This document shows, one piece after another, positions 45,948 to 60,860 of a DNA stretch of 64,000 nucleotides. A model generated the notes under the pieces. It ran no database searches, was not told the origin of the DNA, and was given only the letters and a program-made list of their open reading frames with translations. The stretch lies in the NCBI RefSeq assembly GCF_009914755.1, contig NC_060927.1; one strand, given 5' to 3'. Each line of letters starts with the position of its first letter. The stretch's first letter is position 1. This DNA is from the human T2T-CHM13v2.0 reference genome, Homo sapiens. Made by a program: the position numbers and the translations under genes.

Positions 45948-48900
45948 CTGCCAGAAAATGTACAACAGATGTGCTTGAATGAGCATCACCCCCATAAGCC
46001 TAAAACCTCTCATCCAATCGTGAATTTCAGATAAAACTTAAGGCATTGCGCTTGCTCAGCACAGATGTTTTATAGGGGTATTCCCATTAAACCTATAATA
46101 ATAATAATAATAATATACCATTTGTCAAGTGTCTCTTATGTGTCAAGTATAGACCAATGAGATTTATACATTTAAACAGGAACAATGTTGAACATGTTTT
46201 GAGTGCTTATTAATTACTAAGCACTTAACATCACTGGTGACTTTATCATCATTTCCATTTTACTAAGGTTTAGAAAGATTGAATAACTGGCTCAAGGTCA
46301 CATAGCTAATACGTTAATATTGCCTAATTATTTTATTAAAATTTGTCTTGTCCTTAATTTTGCACTCTTCCCATATGTTTTTAAAACAGTGAGGAATACA
46401 AACTTGCAAATTTGCCAGTGGAATCCCTTTTCCAAGCAACAGGAACCTTGAGGCAGTAAGAGATCCTTGAGTGTCTGAGGGGAAGAACCACCCAGGGGAA
46501 ACTGCTGCACAATTGTGCCAAGAAGGCAGGATATGTGGATAGCCAAAGGGTCAATGGGCCTGCTTAGAGGGTAGCCAGGACCTGCTCATCTGATAAGCAA
46601 ATGCTCATCAAGTGTCCACAAGCACTCTGGCACCAAGCTCGCAGTTTTAGAAGTCAGAAGAGCATAATTTCACCTTGTATCTGCCCAGGAGGAGTTTACC
46701 GTCTGCCCTGGGGAAGGGAAAAAAGGGAGACACTTGTTGAGCACCTACTGTGTACCTGGCACTTTAAAACCCTGAGCCTCATCAAGATGGGATTAATATC
46801 TCAGTTTAATCAATGGGGAAACTGAAGCTTAGACAAGACAAGTAATTCTCTCCAGTTAGTGGCCACTCCAATATCTGAGCCTCAAATTTTTTTTTATAGT
46901 AGAGAACATGTAGGCATTAAATATTTGACTACATAGAAAGAGACAGAGATGAGAAAGAGAGAAAGTGAAAGAGATACATACACGGTGAAAAAATAAATAG
47001 ACAAAAATAAAAAAAAACAGAGCAAGAAGAAGCAAAAGAGGCATGGTCCCTGTCCTTGGTGAAGCTTCTAGCTTAATGATATAGACACATCATTAATTAA
47101 ATAATCACACAAATAAGATAATTTTTAGTACACAATCATCAAACAAATAAATGAATAATTCTCAACACTGAGAAAGTTACTTCACCTTTCTGTTGTCTAC
47201 GTAATAGAAATAAGAGTAGAACTTACCTCTAGTGTTGTGAGCATTAAATAAAGTAGTACAGTTAAAGCTGTTAGGACAGTGCCTGGTACATAGTTAGTGC
47301 CCAGCGTCAGCCATTTATCATTTCTATTGTTACTGTCATTTTTATCACTATTATAGCCATGATGTTTTGAGAGTACAAGGGGCACAGGGAAGAGCATCTA
47401 TGTAGACATATCCACTTCAAGGAGCTCCCTTAACCAAGAAATACAACCCTGGGCTCAAGCTGGCCCTTCAGGTATGTTTCCCTCTGTCCTGGGAGCCCCC
47501 AGGGACAGCAAGTGTGTCCATTTTGCTCCCTAGCATCTTACATGGTATCAGGCTTCCCATTCGTTTTCAACACATATTTATTGAATCAATGCAAATGCCT
47601 ATTCTTTACACTGGGAGAAAACAGGAAGATGGTTTAAGTCTCCATCTGGCAGATTACTTCCATCCAGGGAATAGGCAGGGTGAACACAGAAAGGGTAACT
47701 TGGGTTCATTTTCCCAACCTGCCTATGCAACCCCACTTATGTTGCTCAATGACAGGTCGCAATTTGAAGATTACATAACTGGAGTGTACCTTGTCTCATT
47801 TCCGTTGATTTATCTATATAATCAGTTCACTTCAAGCTTTGCTATTGTTTCTGCAGAGACTAGCTTGGTGTTCATTTGGTGGTTGTTGGTTTTTGTTTGA
47901 CTGCCTGACCAATCGCCCTTCCTAACTAAGCTCAATCAGTCTTTTGCAAAACAAACAAGCATATATGCTGCAAGGAAAGAAGTTCAGAAAAGGATAATGA
48001 TATGCTGGGATATGCCAAACCCCAAATAGAACAGTATTTCCATCCTTGTACTGCAATGTTGTAGAAACAGTTATTAACTCATTTCGTTTAGCCTTTATCT
48101 GCAGGTGTACTTGCTTGTTATGAAACTGCTGCATAATTGAACTACTTCTAAAGCTTGTCTTTAATACAGTTATGATTATGTGGCCACATCTTTCTTAGTT
48201 TTTTTATTACCTGTAATCTGGCTATAATAATGCTAAATATTGAAGTATAAGTATATTTATTACAGTAACAGCTATTGTGTGTTGACTGCTTGCTATGGAC
48301 AAAGCAGTAAGACAGCACTTTCCATACATTATCTTTTAGAATCTTCTTGCTAATCCCTGAAAATAATAATTAAAGTGCAGAAAGTCCAATAAATTACCCA
48401 AGGTCATGTTTCTACTGACTGAAGGAGCTGTGGTTGAAAACTAGGTTTATCAGACCCCCAAATCAGTGCTTAGAGCAGCTGTGCTCACTACCTTCACACA
48501 CAGAAACACACACACATACACAGACACACACACACAGACACACACACTAAGCAAAACTACTGAACACTCTTTGCCATCATTCTGCTGCTATTTAGACTTA
48601 AAACAAAAATCTAATTAAGAACAAGCAGGAGAAAACATTTTACACCAAACTGAAGCTGGAAGCAAATTTAAGTCTGACAATACCAAGGTTTGGCAAGGAT
48701 ATTCAAAAGCCTCATAACAGACCTCTCCTGCCCCTTTTAAATCTGTTCTCTTTACAATAGCAAATTAAGCTGTAAGCAAATCATGTCTCTTTCCTGCACA
48801 ACTCCTTAGTGGTTTCTTAAGTGTGGGAGGTGGATTTAATATCCCCAATTCTTAATATTTTCTATATTCATGTCTTTTGCCGTGTGCCTTGGCAATTCCT

Positions 48901-49338
48901 CCTAATAAAAACAGAGTATATTTCTTCAGCCCATGGCTTGGATATGTGACACTTGTTTTAGCCAATGATATGCGCAGATGTGGGTCTTGAAATGTACATG
49001 TGGGGTTGAGAAATCCTCTTGCTCTCCTCCTTTTGCCCAGAGAAGAATGTCCCTCTGCTAGCCAGTGTCCCAAGGAGAATGGGAAGGACAAGAGACAGAC
49101 CTGAACTCAACCTGCAGACTGAAGCCAAACCAGGCTAGATCAGCTAAACAACATGCTGCTCTCAAGGACTTTATTACTCCGGCACAGCAAGCAGCATAAG
49201 CTTCATGTTCACATTGGTCCCCTTGCTCTCACGTGCCATGGGGACCATGTAGAGGAGCCCGGCTGAATGCTGTGCATGCAGTGGGTTTGTATCAAGGTCT
49301 AAGAAACTCTGACCTTAGGGAATCTGGATCTCTTATAA

Positions 49339-49866
49339 CAGCAGTCCCCAACCTTTTTGGCACCAGGGACTGGTTTCATGGAAGACAATTTCCACAGACC
49401 AGGGTTGAGTGGGAATGGTTTCGTGATAATTCAAGATCATTATATTTACTGTGCACTTTATTTCTATTATTATTACATTGTAATATATAATACAATTATT
49501 ATACAACTCACCATAATGTAGAATCAGCGGGAGTCCTAAACTTGTTTTCCTGCAACTAGATGGCCCCATCTGGGGGTGATGGGAGACAGTGACAGATCAT
49601 CAGGCATTAGGTTCTCATAAGGAGAACGCAACCTAGATCCCTTGAATGAGCAGTTCACAATAGGGTTCACGCTCCTATGAGAATCTAATGCCGCCACTGA
49701 TCTGACAGGAGGCGGAGCTCAGGAGATAATGAGAGTGATGGGGAACAGCTGTAAATACAGATGAAGCTTCGCTTGCTTGCTTGCCACCCACCTTCTGTTG
49801 TGTGGCCCAGTTCCTAACAGGCCATGGGCTGATACTGGTTTGTGGCCTGGGGGTTGGGGACCCCTT
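49339..49866 (-). mobile_element. MER1A (hAT-Charlie) nested in an older LTR remnant
   Basis: cagcagtccccaacctttttggcaccaggg...ggggttggggacccct; TSD tcttataa/tcttatag. Confidence 0.85.
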
Positions 49867-50307
49867 TCTTATAGTGAACAATCAGCCTGCCTAAACTTTG
49901 ATCCAGAGGGAAAAATTAGCTATATTTTATCTAGCTGGGTATGATATAGCCATCTAGGTAAACAAAGCTTCCTAACATGGCTCACAGACACTGCAGGCTC
50001 TGCCTTCCCCATCTCCTTTGCAGTATAATCTCCCACGTGCTTTCTCTTTGGCTCCTGTCACATTGATCCTTCAGTCTTCTCTTTTTACCATGCTCCTTCT
50101 TGCTACAGGGACTTCGCACATGCTGCTCCCTCTGCCTGGAATGTTCTTCTCTTCTTCTTTATCTATTCAATTCCTATGCATTCTGCAGATTGCTTTTCAT
50201 GTAGCTCTTCCTCAGGGAAGCCTGACTAGTTAAAATGTCCCCTTTAGGGACTCCCACAGACCTGTGAGTCTGCCTTTCTTGGCTGTTACTGCATTTACAA
50301 TTTTATG

Positions 50308-50378
50308 TTAGATTGGTGCAAATGTAATTGCCATTGAAAGTAATGGCAAAAACTGCAATTACATTTGCACTAACCTAA
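50308..50378. mobile_element. MADE1 (Hsmar1-derived MITE), internally deleted
   Basis: ttagattggtgcaaatgtaattg...caattacatttgcactaacctaa inverted termini. Confidence 0.85.
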
Positions 50379-50661
50379 TACTTTTGGGTATATTCACTTG
50401 ATCAGTATGTCTCCCTATGAACAAGTCAATTCCATGAGGGCAAGGAATTCCCTGTGTCTCAGTAGATTCTCAATAATTACTTGTGAAATAAATGGATCTT
50501 GATGTCCCTAAGGATTTTTAGAGTGTTTGACATATAATAGGATTCCAAAGAGTGGTCACCAAATTAATAACATACAGTAGAAGGTAAGAAAAAACAGAAT
50601 GATATTTCATTTTAAAGACCTTGTGGTATCAAGTGATAATACTGTTTGCCAACATACTTAC

Positions 50662-50858
50662 TTCCCAAAGATGTATGGATCTATGAGACAGCACAAATGG
50701 ATGGACTGCAGGATTTGCATTAATAATAACAGGATCTCCAACCAGAGAAGCATGAGGTGAGACAGACACAGTGACTTTGGCAATCTGTGTATATTCAGAG
50801 GCATTTTCCAGAAGAGGGCTGGCATTCTCAATTACAAAATTTGGAAAAGCTAGAACAT
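50662..50858 (-). pseudogene. Cadherin pseudogene exon 2 (EC1 N-half): (D)VLAFPNFVIENASPLLENASEYTQIAKVTVSVSPHASLVGDPVIINANPAVHPFVLSHRSIHLWE
   Basis: ttcctctaag|AT...TGG GAA|gtaagt; 197 nt, open, phase 1 to 0. PVIINANP resembles CDHR3 exon 2 PQIVNSNP (recalled). Confidence 0.88.
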
Positions 50859-51051
50859 CTTAGAGGAAACACAAAAGTTGGCTTTTTAATGAGGATTTCT
50901 ACAAGGCTTCCTAACCAATTTTGTATTTTAAAACCACAAAGGAAAAGTGCAATAAATACTTCTTTTTATTACTTTTTTTATTAATTAGAAGTTATTTTTT
51001 AAATTAAATGTCTTAAAGATCAGTTGAGTTGGCTTGGTAGGGTCATCAGGA

Positions 51052-51540
51052 GCTGAGAAAGATTTCAGAACTTACCCTACAAGTTACCATACTGCAGTTT
51101 CACAGAGGCTGGCAGAAGACACAAGACTTCTGGGTCAGAGACAAAGGACTTTATTACTCATAGCTCAGCAACCAGCATAAGCTTCATGTTCACATCCTTT
51201 CTCTTTGTTCCTCAGGCCCCACGGGGGCAAAAACAAATGCCCTAAATAGATGCTCTGCATGCTTTGGGTCTGCATTTGTATCACAGTTGAGAAACCCTTA
51301 ACTTACAAACCCACATCTTATAAAACGAGCAGTAAGCCTGCCTGACCTTTGACCTGGAGGGAGAAAATACCTTTATTACACTGGATGCTAAACAAACCAT
51401 CCTCTGCTTCAGAGGGAAATAGTATCTCTATTACTACTTAAACATGCTTAAAAAAAATTGTCCAGAACAAAGGCAACCAGTGCCTCTGCTCACAAGATGC
51501 ACAGAAGTGCAAGAGACCCACGGAGAACTGTCTCCCAGCA
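51052..51540 (-). mobile_element. ERVL-class LTR remnant (related copy at about 49160-49920)
   Basis: Shared caaaggactttattactc...agcataagcttcatgttcacat block. Family assignment uncertain. Confidence 0.5.
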
Positions 51541-52561
51541 AGGGCTGGTCTTTTTTCATTTGTTTTGGTTTTGTTTTTTTATACTTTAAAAAATATGTGT
51601 AGCAGCTGCGCAGTGCCCCGCCCCCATTTCCTCCATACTCACCTCTACAAGTGGAATACTACTTCTACAACTCTGCCTGGAGAGCAGCTTCTCCTGCACA
51701 AAGGATAAGCCAGAGTGCCAGAGAGTGAAGTCCCCTGGAAGCTGTCCTCAAGCAATGGCCAAGAGGGATATGGTGATCAAATACCTCAGCTTCCTCACCT
51801 TTAGTGTGGATAAATAACACTGAGGTGTGCTTCCACACTGGATTCCTGAGTACCCCAATGAAATCGAGCTCTGGTTGCCCCTGGCGCTAACACGCTTGTT
51901 AACACACCCTTTATCCATTGCCTACCATTCATTGTCTGGCTTCCTTACCCCACTCTGGGTGTTTCCTGGGATCAGCTCCCAAGTTAATTACAGTACTTGC
52001 ACTGGAACCCTTCCCTTAGTGTTGGCTTTCAAGAGAATCTGAACTAAGGCAATGTGATATAATAATGTTTTGCAATGTGCAACAAAACATAAAGAATATG
52101 GCACTGGCCATTTCAGTAAGAGAACAGTATTAAGGAAATCAGATATGATCAGTTAATTCAGATAAATACTGAAGTTTAGAAAGGTCTTCTGCCTTGCCAT
52201 ATCTGATCCCTGCTCGTGTCTCTGGCCTCATCTTTCCATACGTCCCTTTTCATATGCTCGTTGCAATTATCCCGAACTTCTTTCCACTTCTCTAGTCCAC
52301 CTCTAAACAATTATATATATTTTTTCTACAGCATTTTTAACTTCCTAACATTCTACCCATTCTTCAGTTGGCCCTTAGACATCACTTTCTTCAGAAAGTC
52401 TTTCCTGGCCTGCCTGACTCTGCTTCAGTATTCCTTCTCAGTGTTTGCATGTTACCCCATCATGACATTTGACACATTGTATTATAATTGCCTTTAGTTT
52501 GGGTGACTCCTCGGGGAACCATAAACTCTAACTGCAAAAAATGTGTTTATTTGATAACTGA

Positions 52562-52875
<314 letters not shown>

Positions 52876-53198
52876 CTCATACATATTTTTTGAATGAATA
52901 ATAAATAATATTAATGATCATTTGTAGGACAGTCTTTCACTCATATTTTTTTCATTTAATCCTCACAACAACCCTGGGGTGAGGGGTATGATTATTCTCT
53001 CTTCCATTTTCCACATGAGAATGCTGAGACACAGAAACACCAAGTGGTTTTATGTTATACAGCTAATCAGTGGCAGAGTTGGGATTTGAACCCAAAATTT
53101 GACTTGCTGGAACCAAATCTCATGTTTTCAAATGACTGAGATGCTTTCATGATTCAGGATGAACTTCTCTTGGGTAAAAATGAGAAAAAGCAAAAGTT

Positions 53199-53569
<371 letters not shown>

Positions 53570-55419
53570 AAAAAGTGAAAGTTTTCAGAATGTCAAAATT
53601 TGAGAAAGTTCTCACGCAACTGAACAATAGCTCTGGGGAGGAAGGAGGAGAACGACATAATGAACGAACTTTCCGATCAAGCAGATTTTGGCTCAGATCC
53701 TAATTCTGAGTCTCACTGGACAAATGACAACTTGGACAAGCAACTCATCTTCTCTGAGGCTAGAAGACAACTGTCACTCAATTAGAAGCCTCTGGCTGGA
53801 CCAGTTAGGAAGCTCCTCATTGTTATTTAAGAGATAAGTGATACAGATTATTGGTCACTATGATTTGTCATTCATTCTCATAGAAAATGTAGAGTTTCTT
53901 TTTACATAAATTCATTATGTTTTATTAGACAGGATGTATGAAAGCTGGGTAAAAATAGTTCCCTAAATGATGTTATTTCATACAACTTCTGTCTAACCCT
54001 GTGGTGTCAGGAAATTACTCAATGCTCGAAGTCACAATGCATTTGGAAACAAAAAGTCATTATATGTCCTACTGTGCTGGCTTACTTTGTATTTTTCTCT
54101 GTTTTCTTCTTTCTCTCTCTTTTATTTGTTCTCTGCTTCCCTTAATTTCAGCTGAGCTTTTTCTTTACAGTGAAGGTTTTAGCAAAGGTAACTAAGGCTA
54201 GACTCTCAGAACATCTTTGGAAAAAGCAAATAATTTTTTTAAAGTGCCCTGAATTCAGGTCCTATTGCCTCTTCATTCCCGAATTAAAACTTCTCTTCCA
54301 ATTTAGTTGGTCAAGCTTTTATTGAATGGTAAGGTTGGTCCCTAGGTATTAGGTATAACTTAAGAAATTCACAAGGATGAATAGGGCCTCATACCTACCC
54401 CTTCACTCCCTGCCCAGGTACACTCAGCCCAGGAGAAAATGTGATGTATCCAGGAAACAACAGTGAGGCAGACACTGTCAGTGCCCCACCCACATCCCTT
54501 TCACTCTTACCATTTCAGTGCACACAATCCCAATTCCGTCGGTACCTGTGGTGTCCTCTGGCACTGAAGTACTGGAAAATTAATGTGCTTTTTTTTTTCT
54601 TTTGGTCTCCATCAAAGGAGACTTTCCTCTCCAAAACCTCATGAATCTATTTCATGAAGGTGGCTGCAAGCCTCTCTCCAATCATGTATATTTTCACCAT
54701 CCTCTTTCCTGAATCAAAAAATTATCTTCTACTTCCAAAGGTGGGCTTTAGGATATATAAAACCTTTCTGTTTAAGCAATAGTCTGAAAATTTCTGAACC
54801 ATAAAATTTGTTAACTAGATATTTTTTATTTTTGCTCATTGACTTTCCTGAAACAGGCAAGGAAACAGATTCACCCCTCCAGCCTCCAGAAGGTAGCATA
54901 GCCTTGCCAACACTTTGAGTTCTGCCCAGTGAGACCCATGTCAGAACTTTTAACTACAGAACTGTAAGACAAATTTATGCTGTTTTAAGGCATCATCAAG
55001 TTTGGGATAATCTGTTGCAGCATGAAAAGAAAATTAACACAGAGGTTATTTTGATTATGTAAGAAAATATCAGTAAGCACATCTTACGTGAGTGAGCTGC
55101 CCATAGTGAATGGCCAATGTGCTAAACCTGAAATTGGGTAGCATCACTCCTTTTCTCAAAATCCTCTAAGAGCTTCTCGTCTCACACAGAGCAAAAGGCC
55201 AAACTCCCACAACTGCCTCCAGATCCCACATGTTAGGCCCTTCGTTATCTATCTGGCCTCATCTTCTACCACTCTTGCTCTCCCTCCCTCTGTTCCAGCC
55301 ACACAGGCCTGTCTGTTCTTTGCACACATCAAGCAGTCTGTGCCACAGAGACTTTGCTCTGATCATTCTCCTCGTCCAAGGTGCATCTTCCCTGGATCTC
55401 TCCATGACTCATTTACTCA

Positions 55420-55820
<401 letters not shown>

Positions 55821-56419
55821 TATAATGTCACTATAGCAGAGAGGTCTTCTCAGGCCAAATAAAAAAATTTCCCACCCCTGCAGACACTTCCTATCTCTTA
55901 AAATTTCACATATTATTTGTTCATTTTTTTGCCTCCTCCCTATCCCCCTCCCACTTAAAATACAAGTGTCATGAAATTGGGAACTTTCATCTGTTCCTCG
56001 CTGTATGCTCAGTACTAAGAACAGTGTCTGTCCATAGTAGGCACTTAATAGAGATTTGTGGAATGATCAGGTGAATAAATGAATACATAAAATGATCCTT
56101 TTTTGCTAACTGAAGTATATCAAGCCTATTGACCTATGGGTCAAGACCTTATTATTTCGTGACACGGAATGCACTTGAAAACTTGCTACTACATGTCATT
56201 TTGTTGGTTCGGATTCTCTATTCAATTCCACAGGTTGGGCCATGTCAATGACGGCTTATATCTGTATTCGATGGTGTCTTGTTGCCATTGCATTAAAGAG
56301 TGAATTGATTTTAGGTTTTTCTTCAATATATTTGCATGAGCTGAGAAACTTGGGAATAATTTGGTTTTCCACTAAAGGTATATTCTGAAAAACAATCTCA
56401 ATCCCTTAACATACGATAA

Positions 56420-56787
<368 letters not shown>

Positions 56788-56900
56788 TAAGCAGGGCTGG
56801 CATTTTATTATGCATTTCCTGTTAAAATAGTTAAATAAAAAACTCTTCACTTTCTGAAATTAAGTCAATAACTAAAAATAATAAAAATAGAGCCAGGCAC

Positions 56901-57220
56901 GGCCAGGCGAGGTGCCTCGCACCTGTAATCCCAGCACTTTGGGAGGCCGAGGCGAGCGGATCACGAGGTCAGGAGATCAAGACCATCCTGGCTAACACAG
57001 TGAAACCCCATCTATATTAAAAATACAAAAAACTAGCCGAGCATGGGGGCGGAGGCCTGTAATCCCAGCTACTCCGGAGGCTGAGGAAGGAGAATGGTGT
57101 GAACTCGGGAGGCGGAGCTTGCAGTGAGCCGAGATCATATCACTGCACTCCAGCCTGGGTGACAGAGCAAGGCTCTGTGTCAAAAAACAAAAACAAAACA
57201 AAAAAAAAAACAAAAAAAAA
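56901..57220 (+). mobile_element. AluY-like element inserted into the 5' end of an older Alu monomer (host about 56892-57345)
   Basis: TSD aaaatagagccaggcac on both sides. Confidence 0.9.
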
Positions 57221-57803
57221 TAGAGCCAGGCACACTGGCTCACACCTGTAGTCCCGACTACTTGGGAGGCTGGGGTGGGAAGATCACCTGCGCCTCAGTT
57301 CAACTTGGGAGGTATAGCAAGACCCCTTCTCTAGAATAAAATAAAAAGAATAAAAATAATCATAGGCTCATAGCTGTATTACAAAGACAAATTGTGAAAA
57401 AATAGAGAATGCTATGTGAAAATGCTGGCATAGAATGATGGAAACTGAGATGCTGCCTCTTCATACTCAAGGACAAGAGGAGATTAAAAAAAAAATTGAT
57501 CTCCAGAAAGACAGAACCAATAGAAAAAATATATTAAAAATAAAATTAATTTAAAATTAAAAAAAAAAACTAGTTGAACTCTGTTCATGGAGATTGTAAA
57601 ATAATGCCTGACAGCTGGTGTAGAGCACTGGGAGTGGTAGCGACTGCGGTAAACTGAGAACTTGTTCCCACCCAACTGGGGTGCCACTCCTCTGCCTATC
57701 TGGGAATGTGGGCTGAGTTGCCAGGGACTCTTATTTTTTTATGAGGATCCTGAAATGGAAATTTTTATGTGAAATCTTCTGATATTCAAAATATCCTGTA
57801 GGC

Positions 57804-58033
57804 CAGGGTTGTCCAATCTTTTGGCTTCCCTGAGCCACAATGGAAGAAGAAAAATTGTCTTGGACCACACATAAAATGCACTAACAAAAATGATGGCTGA
57901 TGAGCTAAAAACATTTTTTTAATCACAAAAAAATCTCATAATGTTTTAAGAAAGTTTATGAATTTGTGTTGGACCACATCCAAAGCCATCCTGGGTCACC
58001 TGTGGTCCACGGGCCACACGTTGGACAAACTTG
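57804..58033. mobile_element. MER30 (hAT-Charlie MITE)
   Basis: cagggttgtccaatcttttggcttccctg...ttggacaaacttg; 8-bp TSD ctgtaggc/ctataggc. Confidence 0.88.
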
Positions 58034-59151
58034 CTATAGGCCAAACATGTCTGAGCATCTCCACTGTGTGTCTCCAGATTCAAGATAAAAATCTTTACCC
58101 AAACACATAAAAAAGTCAAAATATAACAAACTAAGTTGAAATAAAATATTTCTTACATTTCATTAGATCTTTCAGTCCTTAAGATACCTATCATTTATCC
58201 TTATTTTACTTGATTTTTTTTGTTGTTGTGAATAATACAGTTTGGCTCTTTTCCAATTCTAGAAGTGGTTGATTCTAAAGCAAATGGTTGAATTCATCAA
58301 TTGAGTTGTTTTATGAATCAATTCATGCCATAATGAGAGAAAAAAAATTTAAACCGTTGTTATTATGCATTCAAAATTTTTGTGATTCATTTCTAAACTT
58401 TTGGGTTTAATTTTTTAGCGTAAATGTAATTCATATTCTTTTCCTAAGTCAAACAGTAAAGTCTATAAAGTAAAAAATTTTAAATCTCCTACATATTTCT
58501 CCCCACCTCTGCTGCTCTACCACTTTCACTCGTAATCTCCAGAAACAATCAGTTAAATCTTTGTTATACATTATTTCAGGATTTTCTATGCCTGTTGGCA
58601 TGTGAATGTAGATAGGTGTTTTTAAAAAGATCTTCTTGTGTTCATAGCTTTAGCACATCCTGCCTCCACAGAACTCCACAGTACACCACAGATTACCTCC
58701 TTACCTGCGCGTCGGAACTCCCACACCAACCTTCTTCTTTTAATGGCTCCAATACCCATAGTATGCATGAAGCACCATTCATTTAATCCTCCACTGGTAG
58801 ACATATGGGTTGCCTCTAGCTTTTGTTATTACAAATACAACTACATATATCCTTATATCATTGTGTACTTGTGTAGGATAGCTGTCCAGAGGTGGAATGC
58901 TGGCTCTGAGGCTGAAGATTTCAGATGCTGGCAGGTATTTCCAAATTGCTCTCCAAAGAGCTTACTCCCATTGATATCAACAGCATCTGAGAGGACATTT
59001 TGATTCATATGTTGTTTTTCCAGTGGGGTACAGCCCAGAGCACTGGGCAATTTTAAAGGCCAACACTGAGAAGTTAGAGAGTAAATGCCAACTGATAGAC
59101 TACCAAATAATTATTTCAAAGCTATATGAGTCTTAAGTTAGAAATACTAAC

Positions 59152-59194
59152 CTGGGGCAGCAATCAACACAAAAAACAAATGAAAAAAAGGCAT
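59152..59194 (-). pseudogene. Cadherin pseudogene exon 1 (coding part): start codon and signal peptide MPFFHLFFVLIAAP
   Basis: Minus strand reads aaatcATG CCT TTT TTT CAT TTG TTT TTT GTG TTG ATT GCT GCC CCA G|GTTAGT. A at -3, 43 nt, phase-1 donor. Joins exon 2 to give MPFFHLFFVLIAAPDVLA/FP, a hydrophobic core with a plausible VLA cleavage site. Confidence 0.8.
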
Positions 59195-59700
59195 GATTTA
59201 ACTTGGAAGCCTGTTGGCTCTTCGAAGACACTTTACTCCAGCTGCACCTTTGCTCACTTCTGGGGAGTTCACCCCTTGGTAAGGAGTCTTCCCAGGAGAA
59301 ACACTGTGTCTCCAGGCACCCTCTATACACTTCCCGAGACACAGTTGTTGCTGAGTGATCTGTAAAGTGATACCTCCTTCTCTCAAAAGGGCAAAAGCTT
59401 CAGCAAGAGGATTTGCTTGAGCCAGGTGGAAAAGCCCCCAGTTGCTATTTCCCCACATGCAAAGGTCTCCCAAATCCTGGTAAAACTGGGGTGGCCAGAA
59501 TTAGTGAGGACTCTTCAGGAAACTCATGTATCAAAGGATTCTGCTTCACAATGATTCCGGGTCACTAAAGTGACATTGTCCTGTTCTACTCTATGTATTT
59601 ACTTCACCCAGACTCAGAATAAAAATCTAGAATCTCAGCTTACCAAGTTTGCAGAGGGCTTACAAGTTGCTAGGCAAGGTTAGTATGCAACCAGATAGCA
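59195..59700 (-). promoter_or_regulatory. Putative proximal promoter / 5' UTR of the cadherin pseudogene, with RFX X-box-like and forkhead motifs
   Basis: Directly upstream of the exon 1 ATG: GTCTCCAGGCACC (59308-59320), GTTGCTAGGCAAG (59666-59678), half-site GTTGCTA (59441), TATTTAC (59596-59602). Motif matches only. Confidence 0.4.
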
Positions 59701-60443
59701 AGAAGATGCAAAAACAGTCTAATAACGGGCCAGGAGCCAACTGAATGCTTGTGAGTATGTTTAACTTAAAGCTTAGGGGAAAATCACCTTTAGGAGCACT
59801 GATGGGAGATACCTGGCTGAACAGAGAGTTAACATGAAAGCATCTCTGGAGGCAGCAAATTGGTGACCCACAGGCTAAATATGGCCTGCAGATCACATTT
59901 TTAAATGTGCGAGTCTTCTTAAAGATTTGAAGTTCAATAGAATTGGATTGGTCCAGTACTCTACAGTTTACCACAATTCCCACCCCTCCCTTTTACACCC
60001 CACCCACTGCTTCTCACATTTCCCTGCTTGGTTCCTGCGGTTATTCATGTTTGCAATCTCTGACTTAGAGGTTTCAATCAATTGCTATCTCAATAGGAGT
60101 CAACTGTTGTCATGGTTACCTGAATAGGATTATGCAATCTCAGACATGTTCAAAGGAAGAATACTGTTAAGAACAAGGGAGATTGTGTTTTGACCAGATT
60201 TTGTCCTGCTACAGCTGGCTTTTTGGCTTTTCAGAGGGACATTTACAAATGTCCGGGGAATGATCACACAGGGATAGCTCCAAGCCATGTCCTGTGAAGG
60301 GTGGTTGATAAAGAGAGTTGACTGATGGGGGACTCCTGAATGGGTGCCCTTCTCCTTAGTTCCACTGTTCCCCCTTTAGTTAAACCCTTGGACTACAGCA
60401 ACAACTTAACACCCCAACTGAGTATCTCTTCTCTACTCACCCC

Positions 60444-60860
60444 CTATAGTAGGCTGTTCTTGCATTACTATAAAGAAATACCCAAGACTGGGTAATTTAC
60501 TAAAAAAAAGGTTTAATTGACTCATGGTTCTGCAGGCTGTACAGGAAGCATGGCACCAGCATCTGTTTTTTGGGAGGCCTCTGGAAGCTCACAATCCTGG
60601 CTGAAGGCGAAGTGGGAGCTTGCACATCACTACGTGAAAGCAGGGGCAAGAGAGAGAGCAGGGAGTGCCACGCACTTTTAAACAACCAGATCTTGCAAGA
60701 ACTCACTTGCTATCACGAGGACAGTAACAGGGGATGCCACAAAACCATGGGTGAGAAACTGCCCCATGATCCAATCACTTCCCACCAGGCCCCACCTTCA
60801 ACACTGGCAATTACATTTCAATATGAGATTTGGGCAGGGACACATATCCAAACTGTATCA
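60444..60860 (-). mobile_element. MST (MaLR) solo LTR
   Basis: gcattactataaagaaatacccaagactgggtaattta...gggacacatatccaaactgtatca. Confidence 0.85.

Noticed and set aside
47650-48140. Candidate degenerate exon 3 (ENEPK and VHLQIKAK fragments on the minus strand)
   Set aside because: The fragments are too far apart, interrupted by stops and lack suitable splice sites.
60106-60119. X-box-like GTTGTCATGGTTAC
   Set aside because: It sits in what looks like a decayed CR1/L3 fragment about 900 bp from the ATG, so it is weak evidence.
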